Part shown: positions 37,325-50,032 of the stretch, in pieces | Numbering within the stretch: the stretch's first letter is position 1 | Layout of the letters: each line of letters opens with the position of its first letter | DNA from: Mobula hypostoma | Lineage: Eukaryota | DNA: 64,000 nucleotides | NCBI RefSeq assembly: GCF_963921235.1 | Contig: NC_086108.1 | Span: forward strand, 90,708,001-90,772,000 | Reading direction: 5' to 3' | The notes under the pieces: generated by a model | Told to the model about the DNA's origin: nothing | The model's database searches: none | Seen by the model: the letters and a program-made list of their open reading frames with translations, nothing else | Made by a program: the position numbers and the translations under genes

Positions 37325-39398
37325 GTAGAACTTATGGTTTAATTTTAATTTTGGAATTAAATGCTGGAGTTTGATTTTTTTTGGTCTCTTCATTAATTTT
37401 TCTAACATGAGTAAGCAAACATGAAATGCCATGCACACAAATTAAATAATACAATGTTATTTTTAGATAAAATTACAAACACTTACTTATAAAATGTTAG
37501 AACTTTTAATCTGTGAAAGAACTGTCAGTAAAGCTGATTTTTCATGTATAAAGTGAATGTATCTTTCAATTTATTGATTTCTAACAGGACTGTAGACCTG
37601 GATTGTTTGTCAGACATTGTCTGTGTGTAGTTATCCATTGATTTTGTTGCATTTATTTGGTCTACTGTGAATGCCTGCAAATGAATCATTCTCAGGGTAG
37701 GATATGGTGACATACTGTATGCATACTTTGATAATAAATTTACTTTGAACTTTAAACTTTGGAATTTGCATATTGACAACTTTTGGAATTTTTGTAGAGA
37801 TCTTATAATCTAAAATTAATCAAATTCTTTATTCCTTGGTGCCAGTCTATTTCAACATCTGGCGAAATACGTACATTCTTAACAAAATAAAGACAAGATC
37901 AGTTTAGTGGCCTAAGGACATTGTCCTCAAAAAGTAAAGGCTAACTAAATGCATGATGCAAAGTAAAAAGGCATTAAGATCAAAGACGAATAGTTTCTTT
38001 TTCTGATTTATTTAGATATTGAGTCTTTTGATTGCTTCAGTGTAATGTATGTGATATCTTCTGTTAAAATCTGCAATTCAATGTAGCCTGCAGTCATCCA
38101 TAGAAGATAAAATAATAGGCCTCTTTGCTGAGGGTGCTGGGTGTGAAATTATGTATATGAATACATTTTAAAAGGAATAAAAATGCCCTGCATTGAAACA
38201 GAATAATTTGATACTAATATGGTTCATCTCTACATTGTAAAATCTACAGCTTTACAATTTACTGAAGTATCTTCTTGTGTCTTTGTGATGGCAGGGATGA
38301 ATAGTTTGGGGACTAAATTGAATAGCCTGTAAGATCCAGTGAGGTATGCTGCAAAAGCATCTCATCAACACCCCTTGATTGCAATGCAGACTGCACAGCA
38401 ACTTGATGCAATCTGCTCATGATTTTTCTGAGCAGCAAGGTCTTAGTGTGTTGTTCATTGGCTGTGGACTGATACCATGAAGAGCTTGCAAGGGAAACCA
38501 CATTCATGTTGCTTAAAGCTAGCCTAAATTTTTTTAAAGGACAATGTGCTAACTTGTAACAGGTCATTTTGCGTCATCCAGGAGTGAATTCGACTAGGAA
38601 CGTGGTGAAGAATTACACCACCTAGAAGAAGCAATCTCCAAGTTTTCAAGTTCTGACTTGGTGAAAATGGGGGGAAATAGTGACAAAATCCTCTATTCTC
38701 CCGGGAGGACCTCCAGACATATGCTCAGACAGTATTGGGATTGCAGAGTCACTGTGGTCAACATTGCAATTTAAGACGAAGGTTGCAGTGTCACGGTGAA
38801 TTCAATGTCTTCTTGCATATGTTCATGGTCGGTGAATCAATTGCCGCATCTGCTCAATACTAGCAGTGCCCTATTTATCTCAGCTACAATAATAGTGATC
38901 CATTTGGACTTGCGTGCTTCACCTTATCCTTGTACACATAGCTCGCACTCATATCTCACAATACATGCTTATGTCAAACATGGCAATCACATCATGTGAT
39001 TATGTGACCGTCGCAAACATTTACAATGACAGGGTTGAATAATCTGAGGATGACATTGTTATAACATCTTCTCTTCTCCTTTTCCTGAAAGCTCCTCTGA
39101 TTGGAAAGGTGCAAGTGCACAATCGTGTACCTATAACTTCCCCCTCTCCTCTAACCATAGTCCTGCCCTTGTGAATTTCATCTTCTGCTGGATAAGTTGT
39201 AACCAGGTCAGAGAGCTGAGCACTAAACAGGGACGGAATAGGCCAGAGGTTCCTTGAAGCCTCATCAACTACTCATTGAACCCACGGTTGATCTGATCAT
39301 GATCTCAGCTTCACTTCCCCTTCCCCCCACTGTTCCTCGTAACAGTTGACTCTGTTACAGACCAAAAAAAAATGCCCATTTCAGCAATATATTGAGTG

Positions 39399-39602
39399 GC
39401 GTACACAAAATGCAGGAATAACTCAGTGGTCAGGTAGCATCTATGGAGAGGAATTAAGAGTTGACGTGCAGGCTGAGAACTTCTTCAGCACCATAGATCC
39501 TGATATTCTCTGTAGAAGCTGCCTGACCTTCTGAGTTCCTCCAGCATTTTGTGTTTGTTACTCTGGATTTGCAGCATCTGCAGAATCTCTTGTGTTTAGA
39601 CT
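39399..39602. mobile_element. Palindromic PLE-derived mini-element (two inverted pLTR ends) with 12-bp TSD
   Basis: acacaaaatgcaggaataactcagtggtcaggtagc...gctgcctgaccttctgagttcctccagcattttgtgt; atatattgagtg at 39387-39398 and 39603-39614. Confidence 0.75.
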
Positions 39603-41707
39603 ATATATTGAGTGATTTGGGTTTCATAGTAGAGAACTCTAAGAATAATGAATCTCATGAAGAAGAAATTCCTCCTTTTCTCATTGGTTAATGCTTTGGG
39701 TTGAAAGAAGACCCTCTATTTTTGGAAACATCCCTATATGAAGTACCATATCAAGTCTTTTCAGAATTTTGTATGTAAGATTAGATATCTTCCAAGCTTC
39801 AGTGAATAAAGGCATAGTGTGTTAAACATATCTTCACTAAAGCCTCACCAGTGATGAGAGCATAGACCACTGGAGACCATCCGGTAGTGTTCCATTCTTC
39901 TGCTGCTGAACTGTTTAAGATCGTCCTCCAAATTCAACTGATTATCGGCAACATCCCCCTCCCCCATCACCCAGTCTTTGATACTGTAGACACTGGTTTG
40001 GCTGCAAAAGAACAGTCGGACAGAAAAGATACCTAGTCAGCAAGCACAAGCATGAATAACATGATGCAAAATCTAATAAGCATGCTTTTATTTATAGAGT
40101 TTATTTAGAGTGTTGATTGTGGTTGGTTTGACTTTTGGTTTTATATCAGGTTGATGCTATGGTAGTCAGTAATATTAGGGAGATGACCTGTAGGACTATT
40201 GATGAAAGCAGAAGTGGCTTGTGCTTACCAGCAGAACATTCAGATGAGTTGTTCCCCATATAATCTGGACAAGGTGGCCTTGTCCTTTCCTCTCCCTTGT
40301 CCTGTGTTTACTCTTCCACTATAATTGGTGGCATGTTAGCGTAGTGGTTAGCATAATGCTTAACACCACCATTGACCAGTATTCAATTCCTGCCGCTGTC
40401 AGTAAAAGGTTTGTACATTCTGGCCATGACTGGTGTTTTTTTTTCCTGATTGCTCCAACTTCCTCGCATTGACATTGCAAAGATGTATGGGTTGTAGGTT
40501 GTGGGCTCTCTTGGCAGTGGAAGCAGGGCACCACTTGTGGCCTGCCCCAGCACACTCTCACACTGTGTTGATCATTGACGTAAATGACGCCTTTCAATGT
40601 ACCTGTGACAAATAAAGCTAATCTTTTAAAATCTGCTGCTTGTGCTCATGATGCTCGGTCACAATGTGTGCCCCTGCATAATGGTGAGATTTTCTATCAT
40701 GTGCAGGGGTGTACACCAGAGCCATGTTCCAAGGTGTTGGCAGGTGCCACTTCTTTTCCTGCTACTACTTTGTGGTTTGTACGTATGCAGCTCAATTTTT
40801 GACTGATGCAGAATTAAAGTATCATACTTGCAACTGACCTTTATAATTTGCAGCCCTTGATAATACATGAGCTGATTGTTGAGAGAATAGAATGCTTCCT
40901 TTAGTTCATGCATAAGCCATGGTTGACGTGTTTGACCTGTGAAGCAATAGGTGTGAATCCAATGTAGCATGAAAGTGCTTACAATCATAATAAAGCCACA
41001 TATTGCTTCCTGTAAGGGAGAATAAAATGCGGTTTGGATGGAGGATCTCAACAACTTATAAGAACAGATGCTGGAAATCCAGTGCAATATTACCTGGATT
41101 TCAAAGGTGATGCTTCCAAACTAGAAGGAGACAAGTGTGTAGAGGTGTACAGTCACGGTCATCTTGACAGCCACTTACAGAGGAATCCCTGCCCAGTTTT
41201 GTGGCTTCAGCTGGCAGATTTTATTCAAAGTGCCTTGTCACACAAGTGTCTTGAGCGTTGTTGCTTGCTGAGGTTTAGGGTTGTTTCCTAGACACCTACA
41301 CTGCGTATGGCCTCTTTCTGACAAACCTGATCCCCTTCTACACCCCCTGCGTTCAAATATTTTCCCATGCTGCCTGCGTTCATTTCCCAATCCCTTCTTT
41401 ATGCGGTATTCCTGCAGAATACTTGCTAATGCAGCCAGTTTATGCAGTGTCCTCAGGGTCTTTCAGTTTTTGCCACACAGAGCCCCACAGACTCCAGAAT
41501 ATTTAAAGTGCTTCATAAAGCACCGGCGACCTCTGTAATCATAGTAAGTCCCATTAGCAGTCAGATAGAAACTGGTCTGGGAGAAACTGTTGATCTCTTT
41601 AAATTACGCAAACACGAGGAATTCTGCAGATGCTGGAAGTTCAGGCAACACACATCAAAGTTGCTGGTGAACGCAGCAGGCCAGGCAGCATCTCTAGGAA
41701 GAGGTGC

Positions 41708-41743
41708 AGTCGACGTTTCGGGCCGAGACCCTTCGTCAGGACT
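41708..41743 (-). ncRNA. Minimal type I hammerhead ribozyme motif, intact
   Basis: Minus strand AGUC-CUGACGA-A-GGGU(CUCG)GCCC-GAAA-CG-UC^GACU. Confidence 0.8.
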
Positions 41744-42198
41744 AACTGAAGGAAGAGCTAGTAAGAGGTTTGAAAGTGGGAGGGTGAGGGGGAGATCCAA
41801 AATGATAGGAGAAGACAGGAGGGGGAGGGATGGAGCCAAGAGCTGGACAGGTGATTGGCAAAAGAGATATGAGAGGATCATGGGACAGGAGGCCCAGGGA
41901 GAAGGAAAAGGGGGAAGGGGGGGAAAACTCAGAGGGGGGGCAAGGGGTATAGTCAGAGGGACAGAGGGAGATCTCTCCTGTCCCTCTGACTATACCCCTT
42001 GCCCACCCTCTGAGTTTTCCCCCCCTTCCCCCTTTTCCTTCTCCCTGGGCCTCCTGTCCCATGATCCTCTCATATCTCTTTTGCCAATCACCTGTCCAGC
42101 TCTTGGCTCCATCCCTCCCCCTCCTGTCTTCTCCTATCATTTTGTATCTCGCCCTCCCCCTCCCACTTGCAAATCTCTTACTAGCTCTTCCTTCAGTT

Positions 42199-42234
42199 AG
42201 TCCTGACGAAGGGTCTCGGCCCGAAACGTCGACT
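42199..42234 (+). ncRNA. Minimal type I hammerhead ribozyme motif, intact, sense to DPYD pre-mRNA
   Basis: AGTC(42199-202) CTGACGA(42203-09) A GGGT CTCG GCCC(42211-22) GAAA(42223-26) CG TC^ GACT(42231-34); predicted cleavage after C42230. Confidence 0.8.
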
Positions 42235-42441
42235 GCACCTCTTCTTAGAGATGCTGCCTGGCCTGCTGCGTTCACCAGCAACTTCGATGTGTGTTGCATC
42301 TCTTTACATTATACTTTTTTGCTGCTGAGCACAAACATAATAATGTAAGTTAAGAGGGGGCATCATCTGGAGCTCTGAGAATTGTATGTTGTAAAATTAG
42401 CATTATACACCAGTCCTCTAGTCCAATTAACATTATACTCC

Positions 42442-42576
42442 AGCCCTGCCAAAGGGTTTCGACCTGAAACGTCGACTGTACCCTTTTCCTAGATGCTGCC
42501 TGGCCTGCTGAGTTCCTCCAGCATTTTGTGTGTGTTGCTTGGATTTCCAGCATCTTCAGATTTTTCTCGTTTGTGA
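42442..42576 (+). mobile_element. PLE pLTR end with partly decayed hammerhead
   Basis: agccctgccaaagggtttcgacctGAAACGTCGACT: CUGANGA core broken, GAAACGUC^GACU retained. Confidence 0.75.
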
Positions 42577-42787
42577 TTATACACTGAGTGATATCTTAAC
42601 CTGCTTGCTCTGAATAATTCCAGCAGACATATACTGTGCATATGTTAATGATTGCACTAATACTTTATCCTATGTGTACACAGGTTGCTCATGTTTAAAA
42701 TGCCACTTTGAATCATTAAAAATGTGTGATGCTTGAAATTGCTCCAATTTCTATCATTCTGAAGGAAAGCCATTTGTTTTCTTTCAG

Positions 42788-42957
42788 GAGTGTGCGCCTG
42801 TCAGGCTGGTCTGCCATCAATGCAAGGCACAGTCGTCGTACTTGGTGCTGGAGACACTGCCTTTGACTGTGCAACATCTGCACTACGCTGTGGAGCTCGC
42901 CGTGTGTTTGTGGTTTTTAGAAAAGGATTTACCAATATCAGGGCTGTCCCAGAGGAG
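42788..42957 (+). CDS. DPYD: Dihydropyrimidine dehydrogenase exon (equivalent to human exon 10; NADPH-binding [10 protein letters not shown] motif)
   Basis: tttgttttctttcag|GA GTG TGC...GAG GAG|gtaaaa; 170 nt; [56 protein letters not shown]. Confidence 0.98.
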
Positions 42958-43792
42958 GTAAAATTCAACAAGCTTTAACACTCAGGATTTAATACAATCA
43001 GGCTCACCAGATGGAGCGTGGATTGCAAGCATTCTCTTTATTAAGTTGTGTGCCCTGTTACTTAATATCTCAAGATCATCATAAGACAACTTAGTTGTTG
43101 TTTGCCTAGCAACTCTATTCCAGAAATAATATTTTTGATCTTTTCTCAGTATCCATTAGAAATCACAGGAAATCTCTCTAATAAAGCTGTCTTTTTTTTC
43201 TATCAACTTAATAGCACGTTGTCTTAATTAGTTAGTATGTTTTTGTGTCATACAATTTATAGTAATTAACAGGAGCAGCATTCTTAAATTTGTCTTGGAA
43301 GTCACTAAATTATAGCAAGAATTGATCATTAGAAACTGAGGAAGTATATATTACTGTAACAAGATTGAATCCTGTTCTAATTAAATAATTGCTATTGTAT
43401 GGTAGTGCGTACTGGGCTGTTTGTTCTGAACAATATATTTGCCCAGTCAGTGCATCAACGTTCCACTGTTGTTTTGGTCATCTTTCTATTAGGGTATGAA
43501 TTACTGTGTTCTGGTTTACTGCATTGACTTGTGAAGCAACTTTTGTAAAGTCAGCTGTGCAATAAAGTGGGGTGCTGTCATGGTGGAGCTCCAGGATATG
43601 TTATCCAAAGACTCATTAGCTAGCATATATTCCCTTTTAACCAGACATATCTGTTGTGTTAGATCTGCCAATGCTTCATCATTGTAAAATCTGTGATTTC
43701 CTTTACCTTCAATTTCTTTGGTCTGAAATGATTTTGCTCCCTTTCCTTGACTTAATAGCTCATTTATTTGAAACCTAAACATGGTTTGTTAC

Positions 43793-46700
43793 AAACACAA
43801 GAAGAGCTGCAGATGCTGGAAATCCAAGCAGCACACACAAAATGCTGGAGCTACTCAGAGGCCAGGCAGCATCTATGGAAAGGAGTAAACATTTGATGTT
43901 CCAGGTCCAGACCCTTCTTCAGAGCTGAGAGGGAAGGGGGTGATGCCCAAATTAAGTGGTGTTGGGAGAGGAAAGAGGCTAGCTGGAAAGTGATAGATGC
44001 AGCCAGGTGTGTGGGAAAGGTCAAGGGCTGGAGAAGAAAGAATCGCATAGGAGAGGAGAGTGGACCATTGGAGAAAGGGAAGGAGGAGGGGACTGGGGGG
44101 ATGTAATGGACAGTGAGAAGAAGTAAAAGCTTAGACTGGGGAATAAAGGAGGGGGTGGGTGGATTTTATTCACTGGAAGGAGAGATCAATATTCATACCA
44201 TCAGGTTGGAGGGTACCCAGATAGGATATAAGCTGTTGCTTCTCCATCCTGAGGGGGACCTCATCTTGGCACAAGAGGAGACAGTGACGGATTGACATGC
44301 CGTGGGAATGGGAATAGGAATTAAAATGTTTGGCCACCGGGAAGTCCTGCTTGTGCAGATGGTGCGAAGATGCTGGACGAAGCAGTCCCTCAATTTAGGA
44401 TGAGTATCACCAATGTAAAGGAAGCCACATTGGGACCACCAGACATAAAATACTACCCCAGCAGATTCACAGGTGAAGTGTTGCCTCACTTGGAGGGTCT
44501 ACCTGGGACTCTAGATGGAGGTGAGGGAGGAGGTGTATGGGCAAGTGTAGCACTTAGGTTGCATGCAAGGATAAGTGCCTGATAGGAGATTAGTGGGGAG
44601 GGAGCGAATGGATTAGGGAAATGCGGAGGGAGTGAATGGATTAGGGAAATGCGGAGGGAGCGAATGGATTAGGGAAATGCGGAGGGAGTGATCTGTATGG
44701 AAAGCTGAGTGGGGGGGGGAAGGAGGTGAAGATATGTTTAGGGGTAGGGTCCATTTGGAGATGGCAGAAGTTGTAGAATATATTATGTTGGATTCAGAGG
44801 CCGATGCGGTGGTTAGTAAGGATAGAAGTGACTCTATCACTATTACAAGCAGGGAAGATGGTGTAAGCACAGATGTATGGGAAATGGAGGAGATATGGGT
44901 AAGGGCAGCATCAGTAGTAGAGGGAGAGAAACCCTGTTCTTTAAGGAAAGAGGACAGGTAAGATATCGCGGAATGTTCTACCCCCACTCCAAGGTTGACA
45001 AACTGTCCGGGTAGGCCTATTGTCTCTGCCTGCTCCTGCCTCACTGAATTTGTGTCCTCGTATCTCGATTCTAATCTTTCTCCTTGGTTCAGTTCCTTCC
45101 CACCTACATCCACGATAGTTCTTGTGCCCTCAATCTTTTCTATAACTTTCAATTCCCTAGGCCCTGACCGCCTCAACTTCACCATGGATGTTCAGTCCCT
45201 ATGCACTTCTATCCTCCATCATAAAGGCCTCAAAGTCCTCTCCTTATTCCTTGACAGGAGAACCAACCAATCCCCCTCCACCTCCACCCTTCTCTGTCTG
45301 GCAGAACTGGTCCTCACCCTGAACAGTTTTTCCTTTGGCTCCTCCCACTTTCTCCAAACCTGAGGGATAGCCATGGACACTCATATGGGCCCAAGCTTTG
45401 CCTACTTCTTCGTTGGCTATGTAGAACAGTCAATGTTTGAAGCCTCCCCGGTTATACTTCCCAACTCTTCCTCTGCTACATTGACAACTGAATTAGTGCT
45501 GCTTCATGTGTCCATACTAAGCTCATCAATTTCATTAACTTTGCCTCTAACTTCCACCCTACCGTTAAATTCACTTGGACCATCTCTGACACTTCCCTCG
45601 CTTTCTTGATTTCTCTACCTCCATCTCTGGAGACAAAGTGTCAACCGATATCTCTTATAAAACTACTGATTCCTATGGTTATTTTGACTATATCTGCTCA
45701 CACTCTATCTCCTGTAAACATCCTATTCCCTTTTCTCAGATTTTTTGCCTCAGCTACATGTGTTCTCAGGATGCGGCTTTCCACTCCAGGACATCAGAGA
45801 TGTCCTCCTCCTTTAAAGAACAAGGTTTCTGTTCCTCTACTATTGATGCTGCTTTCACCTGTATCTCCTCCATTTCCCATACATCTGTGCTCACCCCATC
45901 TTCCCTGCTTTGTAATAGTGATGGAGTCCCTCTTGTACTTATCTACCACCCCATCAGCCTCTGTATCCAACACATTATCCTCTGCAGCTTCCACCATTTC
46001 CAAAGGGACCCTACCACTAAGCATATCTTTATCTACCCTCTACCCCGCCCCCCATCCGCTTTCCACAGGGATCACTCCCTCCCGATTCCTTTGTCCATTT
46101 GTCTGATCCCTCTAATCTCCCTCCAGGAACTTATCCCTGTAAGCGAATACACCAACACCTACCTATACTCGTCCTCGCTCACCTCCATTCAGAACGCCAA
46201 ACAGTTCTTCCAGGTGAGGCAACACTTCACACGTGGATCTGCTGGGGTGGTCTATTGTGTCCTTTGCTCCCGAAGCAGCCGCCTCTACGTCGCTGAGACC
46301 CTTCGTAAATTGGGGGACTGCTTCATCGAGCACCTCCGCACCACCTGCCACAAACTAGACTTTCGGGAGGCCAGACATTTTAATTTAGATTTCCTTTCCA
46401 GTTCTAATATGTTGATCCACGGCTTCCTCTTGTGCCAAGATGAGGCCACCCTTAGTGTGGAGGAGTAATACCTTATATTCCATCTGGGTACCCTCCAACC
46501 TGATGGCATGAATTCCACCCCCCTTCCCTATCCTCAGTTTACCTCTTACTTATTCTCACCTGCCTATTTTTCCCCCGGGTTCCCTCCTCCTCCCTTTTCT
46601 CCTATAATGCATTCTCCTCTACTATCTGATTCTTTCTTCTCCAGCCCTTGTCCTTTCCCATCAACCGGGCTTCACCTATCACCTTCCTGCCAGCCTCTTT

Positions 46701-46801
46701 CCCCTCCCCCCCACCATTTAATTCATCTCCCCACTTCCCTCTCAGTCTAATGAAGGGTCTCAGCCCAAAAAGTCGACTGTTTACTCCTTTCCGTAGATGC
46801 T
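43793..46801. mobile_element. Decayed Penelope-like retroelement with inverted 5' segment (minus arm ~43793-44960, plus arm ~44975-46801)
   Basis: PLE RT motifs (GRPIVSACSC, FTMDVQSL, LAELVLTLNSFSF, AMDTHMGPSFA) and GIY-YIG endonuclease motifs (QHFTRGSAGVVYCVLCS..LYVAET.RKLGDCFIEHLR..ARHFN) on +. The GIY-YIG segment also occurs on - (44193-44489). pLTRs with decayed hammerheads at ~43890-43927(-) and ~46744-46779(+). Confidence 0.88.
44597..44690. repeat. 28-bp tandem repeat, 3 copies plus a partial, inside the PLE
   Basis: ggagggagYgaatggattagggaaatgc repeated. Confidence 0.85.
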
Positions 46802-47284
46802 ACACGACCTTCATTTTGTATATTGTTCTTTGAACTTCTAGTATTAAGTACAACAGCAACAAAATTGAAGGCACAAGTCTTTAAATAGAGTCTGATTAAT
46901 AGTTCATTAGTTATATGGACTATTTTCTCTGATGGTATTAAAACTAGCTATAATCTCCCCCTTCACAAAGTACATGAATTGAAATTTTGGTGCTAAGTTA
47001 TTTGTTGTTAGGTAGTCAAAATGTTAACTACCTTGAAAAATCAATGATTTCACCAAGTTATTATGTTGCCAACACTGTACCCGATTTGCCTTGACAATTT
47101 CTACAGCAGAGTGTCATTACACTTTTAATAATTCGTTAACTGGCAGTGAGACCAACAGAAGGATAAAATTTTTCTGAATTATGAATTAATTGCTCTCTTA
47201 AGATGCGCTCTTTTATCTAGAACAACACAGGAAGAAGTTTGTAATAATGGCACAATTCATATGGGGCATACTGATAAATTACAT

Positions 47285-48140
47285 GGAAACATAGAAAACC
47301 TACAACACCATACAGGCTCTTCGGCCCACAAAGTTGTGCTGAACATGTCCCTACCTTACAAATTATGTCGGGTTACCCATTGCCCCCTATTTTTCAAAGC
47401 TCCATGTACCTATCCAAAAGTCTTTTAAAAGACCCTATTTATCCGCCTCCACCACCGTTGCCGGCAGCCCATTCTACGCACTCACCACTTTCTGCATAAA
47501 AAACTTACCCCTGACATCTCCTCTGTACCTACTCCCCAGCACCTTAAACCTGTGTCCTCTTGTGGCAAACATTTCAGCCCTGGGAAAAAGCCTCTGACTA
47601 TCCACACAATCAATGCCTGTCATCATCGTTTCTATCAGGTCACCTCTCATCCTCTGTTGTTTGGAGGAGAAATGGCCGAGTTCACTCAACCTGTTTTCAG
47701 AAGGCATGCTCCCCAATTCAAGCAACATCCTTGTAAATCTCCTCTGCACCCTTTCTGTACGTCCTTCCCGTAGTGAGGCGACCAGAACTGAGCACAGTAC
47801 TCCAAGTGGGGTCTGACCAGGGTCCTATTTAGCTGCAATATTACATCCTGGCTCCTAAATTGAATTCCACGATTGATGAAGGCCAGTACACCGTATGCTT
47901 TCTTAACCACAGAGTCAACCTGTGCAGCTGCTTTGAGCATCCTATGGACTCTGACCCCAAGATCCCTCTGATCCTTCACACTGCCAAGTGTCTTACCATT
48001 AATACTATATTCCGCCATCATATTTGACCTACCAAAATGAACCACTTCACACTTATCTAGGTTGAACTCCATCTGCCACTTCTCAGCCCAGCTTTGCATC
48101 TTATCATTGTCCCACTTTAACCCCTGACAGCCTTCCACAC
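47285..48140 (-). mobile_element. CR1 LINE 3' fragment
   Basis: ORFs 47686-48138(-) WAEKWQMEFNLDKCEVVHFG..RPHLEYCAQFWSP and 47474-47749(-); CR1 tail. Confidence 0.9.
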
Positions 48141-49044
48141 TATTACACGGTTAGCTATGCCACACCTTTTGACAGATTCCTGGGAAATGATTTGGTTTGT
48201 TAATGTACACATTTATGCACTTACTGCTGCTCAAAACAACAAATTTAATAGCTTATATCAGTGATAATAAACCTGATTCTGATTTGTTCCACACACATAA
48301 TGAGAGCCGCAACATTTCTCAATACATTGGAAGTAATTGACTTAAAGTGGGAGGATAAGCAATATTTTGTTAATAACTGTAAATCTGCACTGTCAAGAAA
48401 TTGAATAGTCCGATTAAGGTTTGATGGTAAACTGGCCTTTAAAATTTATACTGTTTTCGTAGGTCATCTTGACTACTAATGATAAATTAGCTTTATGGTG
48501 TAACCAATATCTTCTGCTTTGAAAAAGAAATATATAACAACTTGCACTGACTATTTATAGTTCATTGTAATGTGTTTCTCATTTGAAACATCCATGCCAG
48601 ACTTCATAGCATTTGTAAAGATTTCTTTAATTATTACAGTTGGATTAGAATTCATTGGATTAATTTGATAACCTCTTAAAGATGTCTAGTTCTGTTAACC
48701 ATCCTGTTTGATAGCAATTTGAATGGGAATGTGAACTAAATAGAAACTAATGTGATGTATATTTTGTTAAATCAGCACTTATATGAACGTAATTCAATAA
48801 TTATTGCTCTTAAGGATGAGTGACTTTTAATGTATAAACATTCATTCAACAAAACCAGTGAAGAACTGATCAGAGGCAAAATGAGATACGATTCCTTCAG
48901 CAACTGGTTAGCAATATTGAACTTTATGTTTTAATGTGATAGGCATTCGCCAAAGTTTTGCAATGTTTATTACTTCTGTCTTCCTAATCCTATTGTTGAA
49001 TGTTACCTAAAATAAAATTAACTCCTTGACAATACAATGAAACC

Positions 49045-49970
49045 CAAGTCAACACACACAAGAAGCTGGAGGAGCTCAGCAGGTCAGTCAGCATCCATGG
49101 AAATGCAAAAAACAGTTGACGTTTTGGGTCGAGACCCTTCTTCACAGTGGGAAAGGTAGGGGTAATACACCGGAATATAAGGTGGTGGGAGGGTAATGAG
49201 GATAGCTAGAAGCTGATAGGTGAAGCCAGGTGGGTAGGAAAGAATCTGATAGGAGAAGCGAGTGGACCATCAGGCAAAGAGAAGGAGGAGGGGCACCAGG
49301 GTGATGTGATAGGCAGATGAGAAGAGCTAAGAGGCTAGAGTGGAGAATAGAAGCTCGGGGGGAGAGAATTTTTTTTTACCAGAAGCAGAAACTGATTTTC
49401 ATACCATCTGGTTGGAGGTTACCCAGACAGAACATAAGGTTTTGCACTTCCACCCTCAGGGTGATCTCATGGACCAAGAGGAGGCCATGGACCAACATGT
49501 CAGAACGGGAATGGGAATCAGAATTAAAATGTTTGGTCACTGGGAAGTTCCATTTTTGGCGGATGGAGCGAAGGTGCTCGACGAAGTGGTCCCCCAATTT
49601 ATGTTGGGTCTTACCAATATAGAGGAGGCCACATTGGGACACGAGACACAATAGACAGTGCTTCATGTAGATGCGCTTAGTGGTGGGGAGAGCTTTACCT
49701 GTGATGGTATCCACTACTTTTTGTGGGATTTTCCATTTAAGGACATTGGTTTTTCCATACCAGGCCGTGATGCAGCCATTCAATGTACTCTCCACTACAC
49801 ATCTATAGAAGTCCCCTCTGTCCACCTTCTTGTTCCGATTTCTTTTCCCTTCCTTTCCAGTCTCCATGGAAACATAGACTATTTATTCCTCACCTTTGCT
49901 GCTACTGCATCTGCTGAGTTCCTTCAGTGTTTTGTGTGTATTGCACTGGATTTCCAGCATTTTGGTCTCT
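49045..49970. mobile_element. Composite: PLE pLTR and GIY-YIG fragment (-), Rex1 fragment (-), pLTR end (+)
   Basis: ORF 49376-49867(-) joins Rex1-type FYRCVVESTLNGCITAWYG to PLE CGLLYIGKTQHKLGDHFVEHLR; decayed hammerhead at ~49114-49147(-). Confidence 0.7.
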
Positions 49971-50032
49971 ATTAGATGGCCTGATTAGTTAGCCTTGGCA
50001 GAAAGAGTTGGTATTGACCTTTGGGAACATTA

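Larger units (their letters stand above)
41607..42297. mobile_element. Young palindromic PLE-derived insertion (inverted pLTR pair)
   Basis: Arms 41645-41971 and 41972-42297 are near-perfect reverse complements (mirror ORFs 41442+/41742- and 41561-/42061+). TSD atctctttaaatta (41593-41606) / atctctttacatta (42298-42311). Confidence 0.9.

Noticed and set aside
41442..42348. Paired 252/185-aa and 106/95-aa ORFs with identical peptides on both strands
   Set aside because: Mirror images produced by the palindrome; the sequence is non-coding pLTR.
44597..44690. TTAGGG-containing tandem repeat (telomeric or CRISPR-like?)
   Set aside because: One TTAGGG per 28-bp unit, no spacers; a local slippage duplication inside a PLE.
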